A stretch of 64,000 bases of DNA from Tubiluchus corallicola (Eukaryota > Animalia > Priapulida), in NCBI GenBank assembly GCA_030141605.1, contig JAQGDQ010000098.1, positions 496,001 through 560,000 of the forward strand, given 5' to 3'. The position numbers and the translations under genes were made by a program. Numbering within the stretch: position 1 is the stretch's first letter; the number at the start of each line of letters is the position of its first letter. Under the pieces are notes generated by a model. It saw only the letters and a list, made by a program, of their open reading frames with translations. It did no database searches and was not told where the DNA came from. Below are positions 36,401 through 50,700 of the stretch, in pieces.

Positions 36401-39400
36401 TAATGTGTTATGCTATGTTATTTAGCTTTATTTTTTGTACTACCGAGTGAAGTTGTGATAAACTCTCATTTCAAGCCAGTTTAACTTGAAATTTATTAAG
36501 CTGCTAAATTCACTTTAAAATTAATGTGGTGACTCATAATGTACTAAGTACTAAACTAGTACCCAATGATCCAAAAACATTCGCATATTTGCATTGCAGT
36601 TTTTACTATGAGTAATGATTACGATTACATTGTGGCTCGTTGGACAATAGAAGCTAAGAAAAGTTGAATGTTTACAAATGTCAATATAAGACTTTATGGT
36701 TATCCTTCTTCCGTGACTGTTAGATAAACTTCATCTGCATATATGAGATGAGTGAGACCATCTTTGTCACAGTTAGTTAAACATTATATTAACTAGCAAA
36801 GCCTCGCAAAAAATTTTGCGTATAAATACACGTATAATCAAAAATACGCGAACATACTACCTAGTGTTCTCTTATTTACCTAATGCAAAGACAGCAGCAA
36901 CTTTTACTGAATTGCGTATAACTTTTGCAAAAAAACGGCCGAAAAATAGCCATTTTTGGAGGTTTTTCGTCCCGGTGGGCCCGATTCGAAAAATAAACCC
37001 CCAATGGCACGACAGTAGTCGAGACCTTTCGTTTGATGTATAGATCGCCGCAAATGGTGCCGTCGTCCGAGCTGTAGCCTCGAATCTTATATATTAAGCC
37101 CATACCAGTAGAATTAATATATGCGATTTTTAAATTAAGTTTGATAAGTAAATAATTTCCAATGTTTCATGAGCCTATAAATATAACAAGTAGTTTTTTG
37201 CTGCTTTGTCAAGCAATTAAGAGTGCCAAGTAATCTTACTTTGATAGTTGAGTTCTTATTTAACACATGCCGGAATATTAGTTAACAGCGAGTACGTACA
37301 TAAACAGTACGTCTTTTAGTTTCATTTATTTACGACTTTTTGTGATTTTGAAGACAATACTTTCTCGTTTTTTTTATTTCACTATTTTTATTCATTTTTA
37401 TCGGTTTCCTGATTGCTCTGTTCGATTTGTTTTAGGTTTGAATGCGTTGAACAAAAATGGTTTCCACTGGTCGGACGGGACTTTCATGTTGCCTTTCCAA
37501 GGCTACTGGTCAGCATTCCAGCCTGACAAGCGACTGGGTGCATGTGTGGAATCTGCATATGACATCGATGCGCAGAGCCACCTGTGGGCATTCACCACCT
37601 GCGAGAAGCTGCTCCCCTTCGTCTGTGAGATGTCTGGATGCATGCCGGGTGAGGGTTAATACTGATTTTTTTTTTCACTTTGTCTTCGAAGTTTAAATTT
37701 TGGCAAGTACTACCAGATTAATAGTAAATTTATAGCAATGATATGAAATTTTTGTTTTTCTTCTGGTATTTGTGATTCCAGCGCTATCATATGTGCCTCA
37801 TTGTAAACATCAAGAACTGCAATGAGGCAATTATACCTGTAATTTCAATTTTGTTTCTATGGTTTTGTACGCACAGCTCCGTTGCCGTAAAACGCAAAGT
37901 AAATGACAGCATGCCAAGCCAGGTGTCTAATGTCATCGCTCTTATAATTGGTCTATTTGCAGACAATTCGACTCTGTATCAGTCATAATTATGTGCATTG
38001 TACTGTCAATCAAATTCCGTTTAATCCAGTCAGCCCTGCAAACAGTTGGGGATTGTGTATGATCTTGGACTGGTTTGTACGCCACAATAAGTTAAAATGT
38101 TTTAGTATTGTAAAAACAGTCTCAGCGAAGTAGAAAACATGCCCAATTTAACTGAAGCAGACTGTAAAACTTCTTTCAGTGACCATAGAATAGGGTAATG
38201 CAAGCAATAACAAGTGATTTGATGGAGAATTGAAACTCGTTTAAGTTCGGAAAGTCAAGAACTCATTGTTAAAGTTAAACGCCTTTGACCCAGCTATTAA
38301 ATTGTTAATGAATGTTGTTATATTATTTGCTTTTGTCAACTAAGTTGTGCAGTGTGGGTAGTAAATTTGCCAAAAAGGGTAATTCATAATATACTTTAAA
38401 ATTGCAGTATTTCTTAGGCTAAAAGTTAAAACGAAAAACAATTAAACTCAGCAGAAGATAATTTTGAAGAAGGACCAAGGTTATAAAACCACTGGTGCCA
38501 TAAGAAGTCAATCTTAACTTCTTAACGTCTTAACACTTCTTGTTCCAACGATGTTATTCTTTCCCCAGAGTTGTTTTTTACTTGTATTCTTGTTTTGCCT
38601 CTTCAGCGCGACAGAATCTCAACAGAGCCTTCTATCCGTTAATTACTGTACATTATAGCTAAATCATAATTTATGTACTTTAGTGACAATTTTAATAGTA
38701 TACCATGCACTCAAGCAGATTAATAGTACTTCTTCCATATGGCCAAGCGAAGGATTTTTTTACTTTAGTTTTTATTCTGGTTCTTAAGTATTATTTTCTT
38801 GTACAGATCTTCAACTCAAGTACCACTAAACTGTTTTGTCTTGAAGATTTCCTACCAACAGAAAAATGCAGTAAATTCCTGTAATGAGGAAATGGAGCAG
38901 TAGGGAGTGGTACTTTTGATGATAATACCAGCACCTGCGTCTTAGAAATTTTCCATTCATAACTTCCTTATGTGAGTTGCTTCGAAATCTCACGTAAGTG
39001 CGAAACGCTTTGCTGCCTATAAAGTCTCGCCAACGCAGCGCACTGGAACCAAAAATCAGAAACCGACTTGGAAAAACGTTATTTTTCACTTTTTGTACTG
39101 TCTTACAAGTGTTCAACATATAGAGTGTTAATGATTGTGGCAGATCGGAACAAAGCTCGTTATGAAGGATAATCCTTTACTCCTCAAATGTGCATTACTG
39201 AACCGACCAAGTTCTGATGCGCTCCTTCAACGATGTAAATACTAGGTGGCCTAGGGTGGGCATTAAGGCAGAAGCCATCTAGAAGCAGTTTTCCAGGCAA
39301 TCGCTCGTACATTTATTGACCAAGCTCGGCGATGCTTTAATTCAGCGGTTATAAGTGCATTCATTCGGAATGTGTTCGGCGAACCTAGTGCGTTTGCGTA

Positions 39401-42400
39401 TAGCTGGAGAGAGGAGGTGAGAGTTAGTGTCCAAGTAGCTTTCATAATCTTCTCTTTTGTAAAAACGTCACGTTTTTCTTTTCTGTGTAACTTTAACTCA
39501 TTGCGTTGCTTATTGGTGAGTTGCTGCGTGTTATATTATTAATTTGCAAATGGGTAGCATTGGTACTACTGTAAATTGTAATTTTGAATTAAGAGGTCGT
39601 TTTACTGCTGCCTGATTAGATGGTTTTCAAATGGTAAAGCATTTTTCTACTGCCCAATTAGGTAGTATTGATTACTGCTAAAGATTGGGTTTCACAATGT
39701 TTGTGACTTCGGTGACTATCGAACATTTCTAAGTCCAATAGTCGCTAAAAATATTCCAAAAGTTCCCCAAATACTCGCAAGCCGTATGCGAGTGTTTTTC
39801 GCCATTGTCGCGAAAAGGTCGCTGGCTTCGATGGAATTTTAAAATGTTGAAAGTATGTCGCGGGAGTCGCAATACTCGCCCACCCCGCCAGAACGTCTCC
39901 AAACTGTCGTAAAGTTGTCTGAACGTACGCCAGACACGCGCAAATACGTCGTCAATTATTTGTGGCGTTCGTTGACAATTTCAAAATCTGGAAAAAACTT
40001 GGAGGACATTTTGAGACGCTTTTGAGAGCGCTGTGGCGAACCTTGGTTGTTCCGTGGATCTTTCCACAAAAAATGCTCGAAATTATAAAATAATCGCAAT
40101 ATCGTACAACATATGCCTTGGCGCATAAGTATCGCAAACATCGCCAATTATGCGCAAACACGTTGTGCGAATTTCGTGCTACATTCTCGCGATTTTCGCT
40201 TAAGAAAAAAGCCCAAAATTCTCAAGAAGTTGCGAAAATCGCGAGAAATTCTTTATAAGCTTGCGCGACAGATTCACGACATGGGTAACATCAGAGTTTT
40301 GGCGACTATTGGACTTTCGGTCGTCACAAAAAGTCGCAGCCCCCTGGCTTAACTCTTCATTATTATTCTAATTGCTTCAATTGATGACGCATTTTAATGC
40401 TGTTCATTGTACGCGTTACTATTGTACTGATAATGAGGGAATTCCTGTTCCAGTTTCACTCATTCACCTCTCTGTACCATCATGAGATGCATCCTAGAGA
40501 TTGTTCGAGGTACTAGAAGACACACCCTGGCCTAGAATTTCAGCAATTACATACTCCTGCGCTTATGCAACACCACGTTGAAAGTCCGTGCATTATTAAT
40601 TATTTGTGGGTAGCTGCTTATACAGTAGATGATGATGATGATGATAAGTCTTTATTTGCAGGCAAAGACAGTAGAATTATGCATTGCGTAAAAAATTGTT
40701 TTACGTGTATTTTTACTGCAGACAGCTGTATAAATTAACGTGAAATTAAATGAAATTTCATTTTAAATTATAAGTGCTTAAAGCGCTTTCAGGTCTAAAA
40801 GCCTGCGCCATCTAGAGGCCTGCCACATGTACTTCAGCTTATGCGTTTAAGACTTGAAACTTGTGTTGGGTTGGTTAGCGTTCAGAAGAACGTTAACTTG
40901 AGGTTTTTAGCAGCCAGTAAAAACTATAATTATTGGAAACCTGTTTAGCTGTGGGTTTAATTGCTGTCCAAAGCAGCGGATAATGACCCATCAACATGAC
41001 CAACAAGACTCTCTAGTTCAAATTGAACCTGGAAGAGTCCTTGAAGTTCTCGAGAGGTAATAGAAATCTGTGGTTCACAGGTCGATTGAGAGCCACTTGC
41101 TAGTCTTTTTCATAACAAAAATTAGTTCTTTTTTGTTCACGGTGTCAGTGGCACATTGTTCATAGCAAGAAATACGCCACTATCATGATCTAAACTGCAA
41201 AGCACCAAATGGTCTAAGACGTTGGCCAATTAGAGCATTCTTAATGGTGTGGCCATTGCAGGTTTGATGTTAGTCAAGTCAAATTCTCATAGTTTTGTTG
41301 GTAAAACAAGCTATTTGTTGTAATAGGATGCTGCTTTATGAAATAATTACGCGTCAATGATTTTAAGTAAATAGCCTATCTTAAACGGAGGTAGCATTCC
41401 TGCAGTAGTGACAAGGAAATCAACCTCCAGATGAAGAAAGCTTAAACAGATGTACAACATTACATGAAATGTAGACGAAGTGTGTAACAGTTATATAACT
41501 GGTTTTTGGCAGGCCAATTAACTATTAGTTGACAGCAGGAGGGATGTTGCCTGGTTGATTAATTTTGCTGACTGGCTATGTCATCGACTAAATTGTAAAT
41601 TTGTTTGTTAAACTGGGAAAATATTGCGTAGTAAGCCTGCACTATATACACCCTGCGTCTCAGTTAGTGGAAAAATATAAATAAAACTGTAAATGAGATT
41701 ATTAATTTTTCGAATGTTAGAATTTTTTACAGTTTAATATTTTCCTCAAGCTAGCATTTACTGTGTTAATTACAACCAGGTACAATAAAGTGTTAATTCG
41801 CGTTGCAACGGACTCTCAGGTATGCATACCTGAGTGAAAGTGTATTATCTCTGGAGTTCAATCATTTTACAATGTCAATGACATATAGCGCGAGTGCCAG
41901 CAGCATACATTTTACGCTTGGTGACTTCTACTGTGCTCAATACTGAACTCGTAAGCAGACATCCAGAGCCTCAGATAGAAGTGGAGCAGTTCTTTTACCT
42001 AAGGGAATCCCGCACAAGACTTGTTACCACACATGGAGCTCCTTTCCCTTTTAGTAAGTTTTGGGTAGTGAAACATCTAAAATTCTTAATGAATGCTCAG
42101 CGTATTTAACTTCCATGTAAGCAGCTGCAAATTTTTTTTTCAATGTTGCCTTTCAATTACTTGTTCCCTTAATCATTCACTCACCCACACACTATGACTA
42201 TACCTTACAGCTGACTTACATAGAGTACAAACTCTATAAAAATGAGTATTGTATCGCTTGTCTACCTTCTGCAATCTATTTGAAGCAAAATAGCAAAAAT
42301 AACGACAAAACAATAGTAAAGTTAGAATATCAGAGTAGGCAAAATGTTTAAAATACGTGTACTAGTTCATAATTGTGTACCTAAGTTTATCAGTATAAGA

Positions 42401-45400
42401 AGAAATGTGAATAGTGTATGAAACTTAATACTTTGACCGTTTTCTTACATTTATAATATCCAGTTTAGTCAGTACACAAAAAGGTACCTCAGACAACTCT
42501 ATCTAGTGTGCAAGAAATTTTGTCTATAGAAATTGTGAGCAAAATTACTTTATGGCTTCGCAACTGGAGGATAAAATCTAATATCAAGTAATATGCAACA
42601 GTAACCTACATGAGTACAATGTAAAAATATGCAAAAAGTACATAACCAAACTTGCAAAAGATTTGGGTGAAATTGACTTGCATTTGAGTCTGTAATGTTA
42701 CTACAAAATGTAAGTGAAAGATGTCAAGTTAAACGCCAAAGCTCAAAGATTATGAATATTAAAGTGAAATAAAAGTGTACCATAAGGCAAGTAGAAACGG
42801 CAATTGTTGTGTTTCACCTATCTAAGTGAGCTTGTCCGAGATCTCGGCTTACAAAAAAGTCCAATTATATTATTATTAGTAGTATTATTATGGGATTTGG
42901 TCAAATTATGTGTTTACACACTGCACTCTGTCTGCTCCTCTACATAATTGGGCAAAATGATTAGGTTGTTGGGTTAAACTTGTGAAGCAAAACTGTGTGT
43001 TACTGTGTTAACTTTGACTTGGTCTACAATTCACAGTCTGTGCATACTTCTAGATGTACACAGTGTATGACTACAGCTACTGTTTGGCATTGAAAAAAGG
43101 CTGTTTCTAATGTGTTTTTGCTTGTATCAAACTCATCTTCACTCATCAGAGATATTGTAGTAAAAGTAATCTTAGTTAATTAGCGTAAGGATTACAGGAC
43201 CCAAGCATTTGCATCACTTTCATGAGAGAATTATTGTGAACTGCTCTGAGAATTTCTGCAGTTAACTGTCTTTGTATTAAGTATAGCTGAATGTAAATTC
43301 ATTACAAATTTATACAGTACAAGTGTAGTTCATTTATCTTTTTTTAGTGTATTACTTACCTATATTGTATAAACAGTTTAACGGCATTCAGTATGATATG
43401 CGGTATATGCTGCTGCAAGCAGGTGGTCATCACTAAGCTCTGTTGCTTGTAATTAATAGTAAAATTTGTTGACAGACTTTTTACGGACATTCAAAGAATT
43501 TTGTCTGGAAATTTGGTTTCATTTTTACAAGTTAATTTAGTTTTACTGTTCAAGTCAAAATACTATTTGCAGTAAATGGATTTGCAGTCATTTGCCATAT
43601 TTACTTCTTTGAGCATTACGAAGGTATTTATGAAATAGAAAATGGGTAAAAAGCCACTGCTGGTACATTATCTCATCTTAGAGGATTATCTTTGGTAATG
43701 ATATAGATTTCAGTCCTGCCACACCATTCAGCAGTAGGTTCAGCTATTGAAAGTTGGAGTTTAGCTTGCAATGTGCCGACTGTATTTGAAGATGTTATTT
43801 GAATGTAAAATTGAAAAGCTGGATTATTTGAAGCTGCTACGTTTTCTACTACCTAACAACTACATTAAATTAAAAGTTTGAGGTCGTGTAGGTTCTTGCT
43901 TTCACTCAAACAGAGCTGAGCTTTTTATGCCCAGATTTATTTCACTTTCCTAAACTGATAATTATAATTGCATAACAAATTTATCTTCAAACTTTCAGTG
44001 CTCAACAAATATGATCTTTCTTATTTTAGATACATTTCGATGTTTTAGCGGCGAATGTGTGAACCAAGCTTGGGTTTGCGATGGCAAAGATGACTGCAAC
44101 GATTTCTCAGACGAACTCAATTGTAAAGGTATAGAGAAATAAACGTTGAAATCTTAACTACTGCAATGATTTTTGCATGTTTAATTTGTCGTTTGAATGA
44201 TTTGATGTTACTACATTCATAAACAGTGTATATGTAATTAGTAGTTTAATTATTTACAGTCATCTTTCACATTTTTCATATGTACATTGTAAAAATTGTG
44301 TTATTCCATCTACTTTGACCACTGAGTATTTTGCTGCATTCCATGTTTTGTGCTAGACTGCTGGATGAACAACAAATCCATGTTTTGTTTGTAGAACTTG
44401 ATTAACTTCTTAAACTCCTTGCTGTAGTGTCTGTCAAAAGACTGATGAGTAGAACTACTTTTTAATACCTGAAACTTAGCCTTTAACAAACAAATTTGTC
44501 CAATAAAATAGGTTTATTTTAATTTGCACGCTTTGCACACTACAGCTGCAAAATTTGATAGCTGTAGGTTTAACTTTGCATTTGTACATCGCGAATCAAG
44601 TGCTAACTGGCTTCAAAGTTATAACCGTAGAGGAAGAAAGTCATCACTAGTGACTGTAAAGATCCTTGAGCATTCAAAACTTATATTGATTATTAATTCT
44701 TAATTTCTAATGCAGACTTGTGAATCAGTCTTGTTTTACATCTCTTACAAATTAAAACTTGTGTTCAATTTTCCAGAAACCATTTGCCAATTTTACCAGA
44801 AAGGCACAGAGGGCATTATTGAATCTCCCAGATACCCAAAGCCATATCGCCCAAACTCTGATTGCAGATGGGTCATCGAGGGACCAGTGGGAACCAAGAT
44901 TGAATTACAAGTGTGTTTTTTTAATTATAATTTTCTCAGCAACTTATTCCAACGCATATGTGGCCAAATAGAGTAATTTCTCGACGATTCTGGCTTTTCA
45001 TAGCACTTACAGACTTATAGTCAGCTTTTATGATATTACTGTGTTAACTATTATTACTGGTGCTAGCCATGCAATGTCTTTATCGAAGGTCTTCTTGCTA
45101 CATTAAACACACCATTTGACCATTTGTTTTGCGCAAAGATATGCTCAAGATTTTCTGTTAATGGTTCCTAGACTCTGAGTACCCCTTTGATGGATTTTTT
45201 TAAATGCAGAAGAAATGCAAATAAATCTAGTTCTTTTCCTGTTACCTACAATCTCATTTATTCCAAGAACATCAACAAAAATCTCCCATTATTCTGCAGT
45301 TAGTTTTTTGGAATTGCATTCGTATTGTCATTTTATAGCTGTGTTTCCTTTGCTTAAATGGGTAGAGTGGCCAATGGTCTTGGCTTGGGGAATCTCTTCA

Positions 45401-47697
45401 TTAAAAATTAATGGCTTTTGAAGTTGGGTGTTAATCGTTGTAAATTCCACATTACTAAGCCAGTTAACAAACTTCTTTTAATTTGGATAATTAATACAAC
45501 TGCCAGGCTTGATGCCTTGCTTATTTATTCTGTAGAGGTAAGAAAATATGTGTCAACAAAAATAGAGTGATGAATAGTAAAACTGGATTCAAGCAGGGAC
45601 TTAGCAGAACAATTAAATGTGACTGTTTTTGTAGCCGTAAATGCTACAATTGTACTACTACTTCTACAAAAGGTTTTGTGTGATAATTACATTTTAGACT
45701 GATACTGTTACATTGTTTGCTTTGGCTTTGACTTTTCATTTTTAATACGGACGATTGTGTCAGTTACTATATTGAAAGGTTGAACGGACTTGACAATTCA
45801 TCTCACATCTGCACTTTTATCTTACAAAATTTGCTCTTTGTTGAACTTGGAGAGGCTTAGGGGCAAGTTTACAAACATGTAATCAAAAAATAGTTATCGT
45901 TTTTACTACAGCATTGCCTATTATTGTCTACAGTTATATTATACTAACAAGAGGTTCTTGTTTCTTTCATGCTACAGAGTTTCTCAAGAGCAAATCAGTT
46001 TCTCAATTCCTATAAATACGAAATATGTAGGCAAAGAGAACTAAAGAGAAATTTTGTGTCTGTCTCCTAATAACTTAATAGGCCTAGCTGTCCAGGTCAA
46101 AGCGAAGAAGAACAGGACTTAACCACACCTAGAAATAAGACATTATGCTTATAGACAGAATAAGTCTCTGGTGCAGTTCTAGGTTTGAAAGAAGTGAGAT
46201 AACATTTGTGTGTTTTGTCTGTCTTATGATGTCTGATTATCTTTTTCTTTTAAGGCTTTTTTGCTTCCAAACCTTTTCCCATTTAGTCACACAACTAAAA
46301 TTTTTCTTTGCAATAATAAAAATCAGTACATATTAACAGCACATTGATTTTAGAAGAATATTTTTTGCCAGAATTTTTGCTATCGTCTTGTCGTCTGTGT
46401 ATGACAGTCTAGTTAAAACTCCAGTTGGATGGCACAGTTATGAAATGTGTTTTACATTGGCTTCTTTTCTGTATTTCTAGTTTGAATATTTGGAAACGGA
46501 AAAGGATTTGGATTATGTGCACATTCTGAGTGGCAGTCCCATGGATCAGCTGAGCTATACTCTGAGTATGAAATCTGGCAAAGAGCCAGTCTCTGATGAT
46601 AAGAAATATGTCAGTTATAATAATTTCATGGTCATAAAATTCCGCAGTGATTCACGGATTCAGTTGAAGGGTTTCAAGGCATCGTGGAAAGCAGGTTTGT
46701 TTTCTTCTTATAGTACTAAAACCTGGAAACCTCGGAACTTGGTGGAAGAGCCTACTTAATCGAAATGAATACAAGAAACTTTTAGTTGCTAATCAGTTTT
46801 AACATTGAAAGTGTTAACTGCTTTCACCAGTAATTTAAATTTGAGTAAAACTGCAAATTTGTTCCAATAGTATCATTTATCTTTGTACTTTTGTTTTTCA
46901 TATTATGTAAAATTATAATGTTTTTTATTTAATATTTAAGAAACGTTTTGTACATGTTTTTGATGCCCGACTACGTAAAGAGTATCAAAACTGATGGTGT
47001 TCTTATATTTCGAATAGTGAAAGCGGGCTGTGGAGAGACGAATCTCGTTGCTACTCAAGTCAAACAAGACATCAAATCTCCATTTTATCCAGACTTATAC
47101 TATAATGGGTTGGAATGTGTCTACATCATAACAGCTCCTGGAGACAACTTAATTACATTAGAGGTTTGTTTCATGTTAAAGTTTTTCTTACAATGCAATT
47201 ACTGTAATTAATTACTAGTGCTTTGACAATCTACATTGGTATTCTGGTAAAAAAGATCTTATTTTGGTATGTATTTTACTTGGAAAACTTGTAGCAGTTC
47301 TTTGTTAAGAATATTCATTAGACGAAGATAAAAAAGAAGTGATTTTTTTCTAAATGGTGTGATGATTGTACTTAATGGAAGAGCTGTGGCTTTGTCTAAT
47401 TGCTCAGACTGAAGCCAACATTGTCATAGCAGACAAAGATAAATCACAATATCTCTCTAAAATACTGACTATAGTAATTTCATAAATACAGTGTGTATGT
47501 TTGTGAAAAATAGTATGTGTAAACCATTGAGAATGTAAACCCTACTTTCGTTTATGTCTCCCCTCTTGCTTTGTATCACTATATCTATCTGTTTATCTAT
47601 CCATCCATCCATCCATTCATCCATCCATCCATCCATCCATCCATCCATCCATCCATCCATCCATCCATCCATCCATCCATCCATCCATCTATCTATA

Positions 47698-47736
<39 letters not shown>

Positions 47737-50700
47737 CTCAAATAGCTTCATATTTTGTAATCTATAATGAATTCCATTTGGTTTGTCACTTTAGCTAGTT
47801 TTCATCATGCCTTTGTGTTTCAGCTGATAGACATGGAACTAGAATTTGTTAATGATTTTCTTCAAGTCAGGGACGGTGGATCACCCGACTCGCCTCTCCT
47901 TTATACTTACACCGGCAAGAAAGGGCCAACGTTTACTATTTCAACAGGACCTAAACTATACTTGTACTTCTCTTCTGACACTACGATCCGTAAAAAGGGT
48001 TTCCATATAACTTATCGTTCAGGTAAAAAAATCCATTTTTGGCTGCTGTGTATCATTGGCCAAAATCATTTTAGAATTACAACTGTTATATACAGTAAAA
48101 ATTTTCATATCATATTGACAGGAAGACTAAAATAATTATTTTTCTTTTTTGTTACATTATATTAATCACTGTTGAAATGTTTCTAATATATTTTCGCTTA
48201 ATTTTTATTTAGGATGTAATAACCTGATCAAGACGGAAGCTGGCAGCTTTGCTTCGCCTGGTAACTTTGTAGTACATTATCCTCCTTCCAGAACTTGCAC
48301 TTGGCATGTTGAAACACCTGATGGTCAACCCCTTTCCATGTTTTTTGACAACTTCAACTTGGCAAATAGTGATTCTGTTCAGGTAGTATCAATTGTAGTG
48401 ACCATCTACTCCACTTTCATTATTCTAAGCTCTAACAACTCTAACCATATATCCCATAAGTTCTTACCTCTATTTCTATGCAGTGGTAATGATGCTGGGC
48501 AAATTAAAAAGCAGAGGCTTGTGTAACTGATAGGGATGTACCGGATTTGGTTCTGGAATTTTAATGGATCTAGATACTGGCAGAAATGTTCATTGGATTT
48601 TGCACTCTGTATTTCTATTTTGCTATATGTAAAACTACCGATTGTAACAAAATTAGAGCAGGTAAGAAAAAATTAGACATAACAGTTTAATTACGTGACC
48701 TTCTCATTTTTTAGAGAATTTGAACGATTTCCATTAAAATCTTCAGAAATTTGCAAATGTGTCGCTTAGTTTTTATGCCACAAGCAAGATCAAGAATCTT
48801 GATGCTGTAGTTCTTTGCAGCAAGTCGTGCACAAACATGGTGCTATTGCACTAAAATGTCCGCTAAAAATTTAGTGCCGTCTGTTTCCAGTAAAAGCATA
48901 GTTTTCGGTTTTTTTGTTTAAACTAAGAGCGGATCAAACACGCAACCAAGTTCAGAATTACAGTGCATCAACATCTGCAGTGTTTCCACTTAAAATTACT
49001 CAGTGACAATAGAATGGCAATGCCACCACATGAACGAAAACCTAAATAAAAGAAATATCCTTTACGTTACATTTGTAGATCCGGAATCGGATGTGGCACA
49101 TACAGATCTGGATCCGATCCAGAACCGACAAAAGTAACTGAGTTTCCCATTTCAGTTTGTCAGTGCTTGTACTCGTCTATCAAAGACCACGTCACATTTT
49201 GTATGCTTTGCGTCCATCTTGTTTAATGTGTATTTGAATTTCTTGCAGGTATATGCAGGAAAAGATGAGGAAACAGGTCAAGCAATTCATAGGGGAGATG
49301 GATTTTCTGGCAGCATCCGTCCTCATGTTCTACTGTTTAGCAACACTGGTTCCTTCTTTGTTAAATTTACTAGCGATGCGACTCAAACGTCACTTGGCTT
49401 TAGTGTGGTATTTTCTGTTGGTAAGTTTGTTTCCTTATTCGTACATTTCTCTATTGAACATTTGGCTTTCATTATCTTCATGAGTTTATACCGCACTGCT
49501 CTGTGTTTTGACTACAATCGTTTCAAAAGTCATAAAACACTACTATGTTTTTTGACCATGTTTAGTCCGCAACTGCTATGTACTTTGCAGTTAAGTTTAA
49601 GTAATTGTATTTCTGTAACAGACTGCCCTCCATTGGATTTGCTTCCCAATCACCGAGTGACAACACTGGAACGTCGCCTTTTTACCTACGTGACAATAGG
49701 TTGTGCACCCGGGTTCCATTTGAGTACTGGACCGACTGTTATGGTAGCACAATGTATTCCTGGAGGACAATGGAATGTGACAGATATACCGCCTTGTGAA
49801 GGTACGCGGTAAAAACTCTTTGAAAAAGGTTACATTGTCACGACAATTTGACACAAATTATTTTATGAGTTACTAAACGAATAACTATAGTTTTATAACT
49901 GTGTTAATGTAACTATAAGTTATAACCCTGTCTCAATGTTAATAAGCTTGGATTGAGGTGTGCAGGACTTTATTATTATGAATGCTACTTTGCCGTTAAG
50001 TAATATACTTACACATCAAACTCTAGTAAAAGCATTTTTTTATCAGACGTCTGGTAGTTTGTTCCCTTTTGAATAATCTATAAATTTGAATAACAGCAAA
50101 AATGCAATTCCAGAATATTGTATGAAGTTTACTATATTATTTCTTTTTATTTAGGTATATATTGTGGTCCGGTGCCTCCACGACGCAATGCAGACATAAC
50201 CAAAGCCACAAATGTTACCTATCGAGGTGTTGCAACATATCACTGTAAAACAAACCATGTCTTTAAAGATGGTACTATTACTAAGCAAGCCAGGTGCTTA
50301 GAAACTGGGGAATGGGAGAATATAGGTCACTGTTTAGGTGAGTAAATGGTAGTTCCTATTTTACTTTTTTTGTTTGACGAGTGTACAGGTTTGTTAATTT
50401 GTTTTATATGTAATAGGCAATCCCAGTCCTTAGGTCTCTGCTTCGATTATACTTTTCAAAATACCAGGTTGTGCAAGACATAACAAATTTTTATTATTGC
50501 AAATGTCTGACGTATCCTTTATTATTGTCATTGTAAAATCTGAACTCGAAGTTTTCCAGTAAAGTCTTGTTTTATAATGTGGGTATGCCTTGGTCAGTCA
50601 ATATTTACATACTACCCACGTAATATAGTTTAATAATTTATTACTTTGCTTTAGCATTTGCAAACTGCAAGGCTTTGCCCGAAATACAACATGGCAGAAG

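Noticed and set aside
40937-41506. Grainyhead-like sites aaacctgttt and aactggtttt
   Set aside because: Short motifs expected by chance in 64 kb of AT-rich DNA
44425-44480. Possible hammerhead ribozyme (ctgatgag...gaaac)
   Set aside because: Stems I-III do not pair convincingly
47469-47798. PSIH and WMDG repeat ORFs
   Set aside because: Microsatellite translation artefacts
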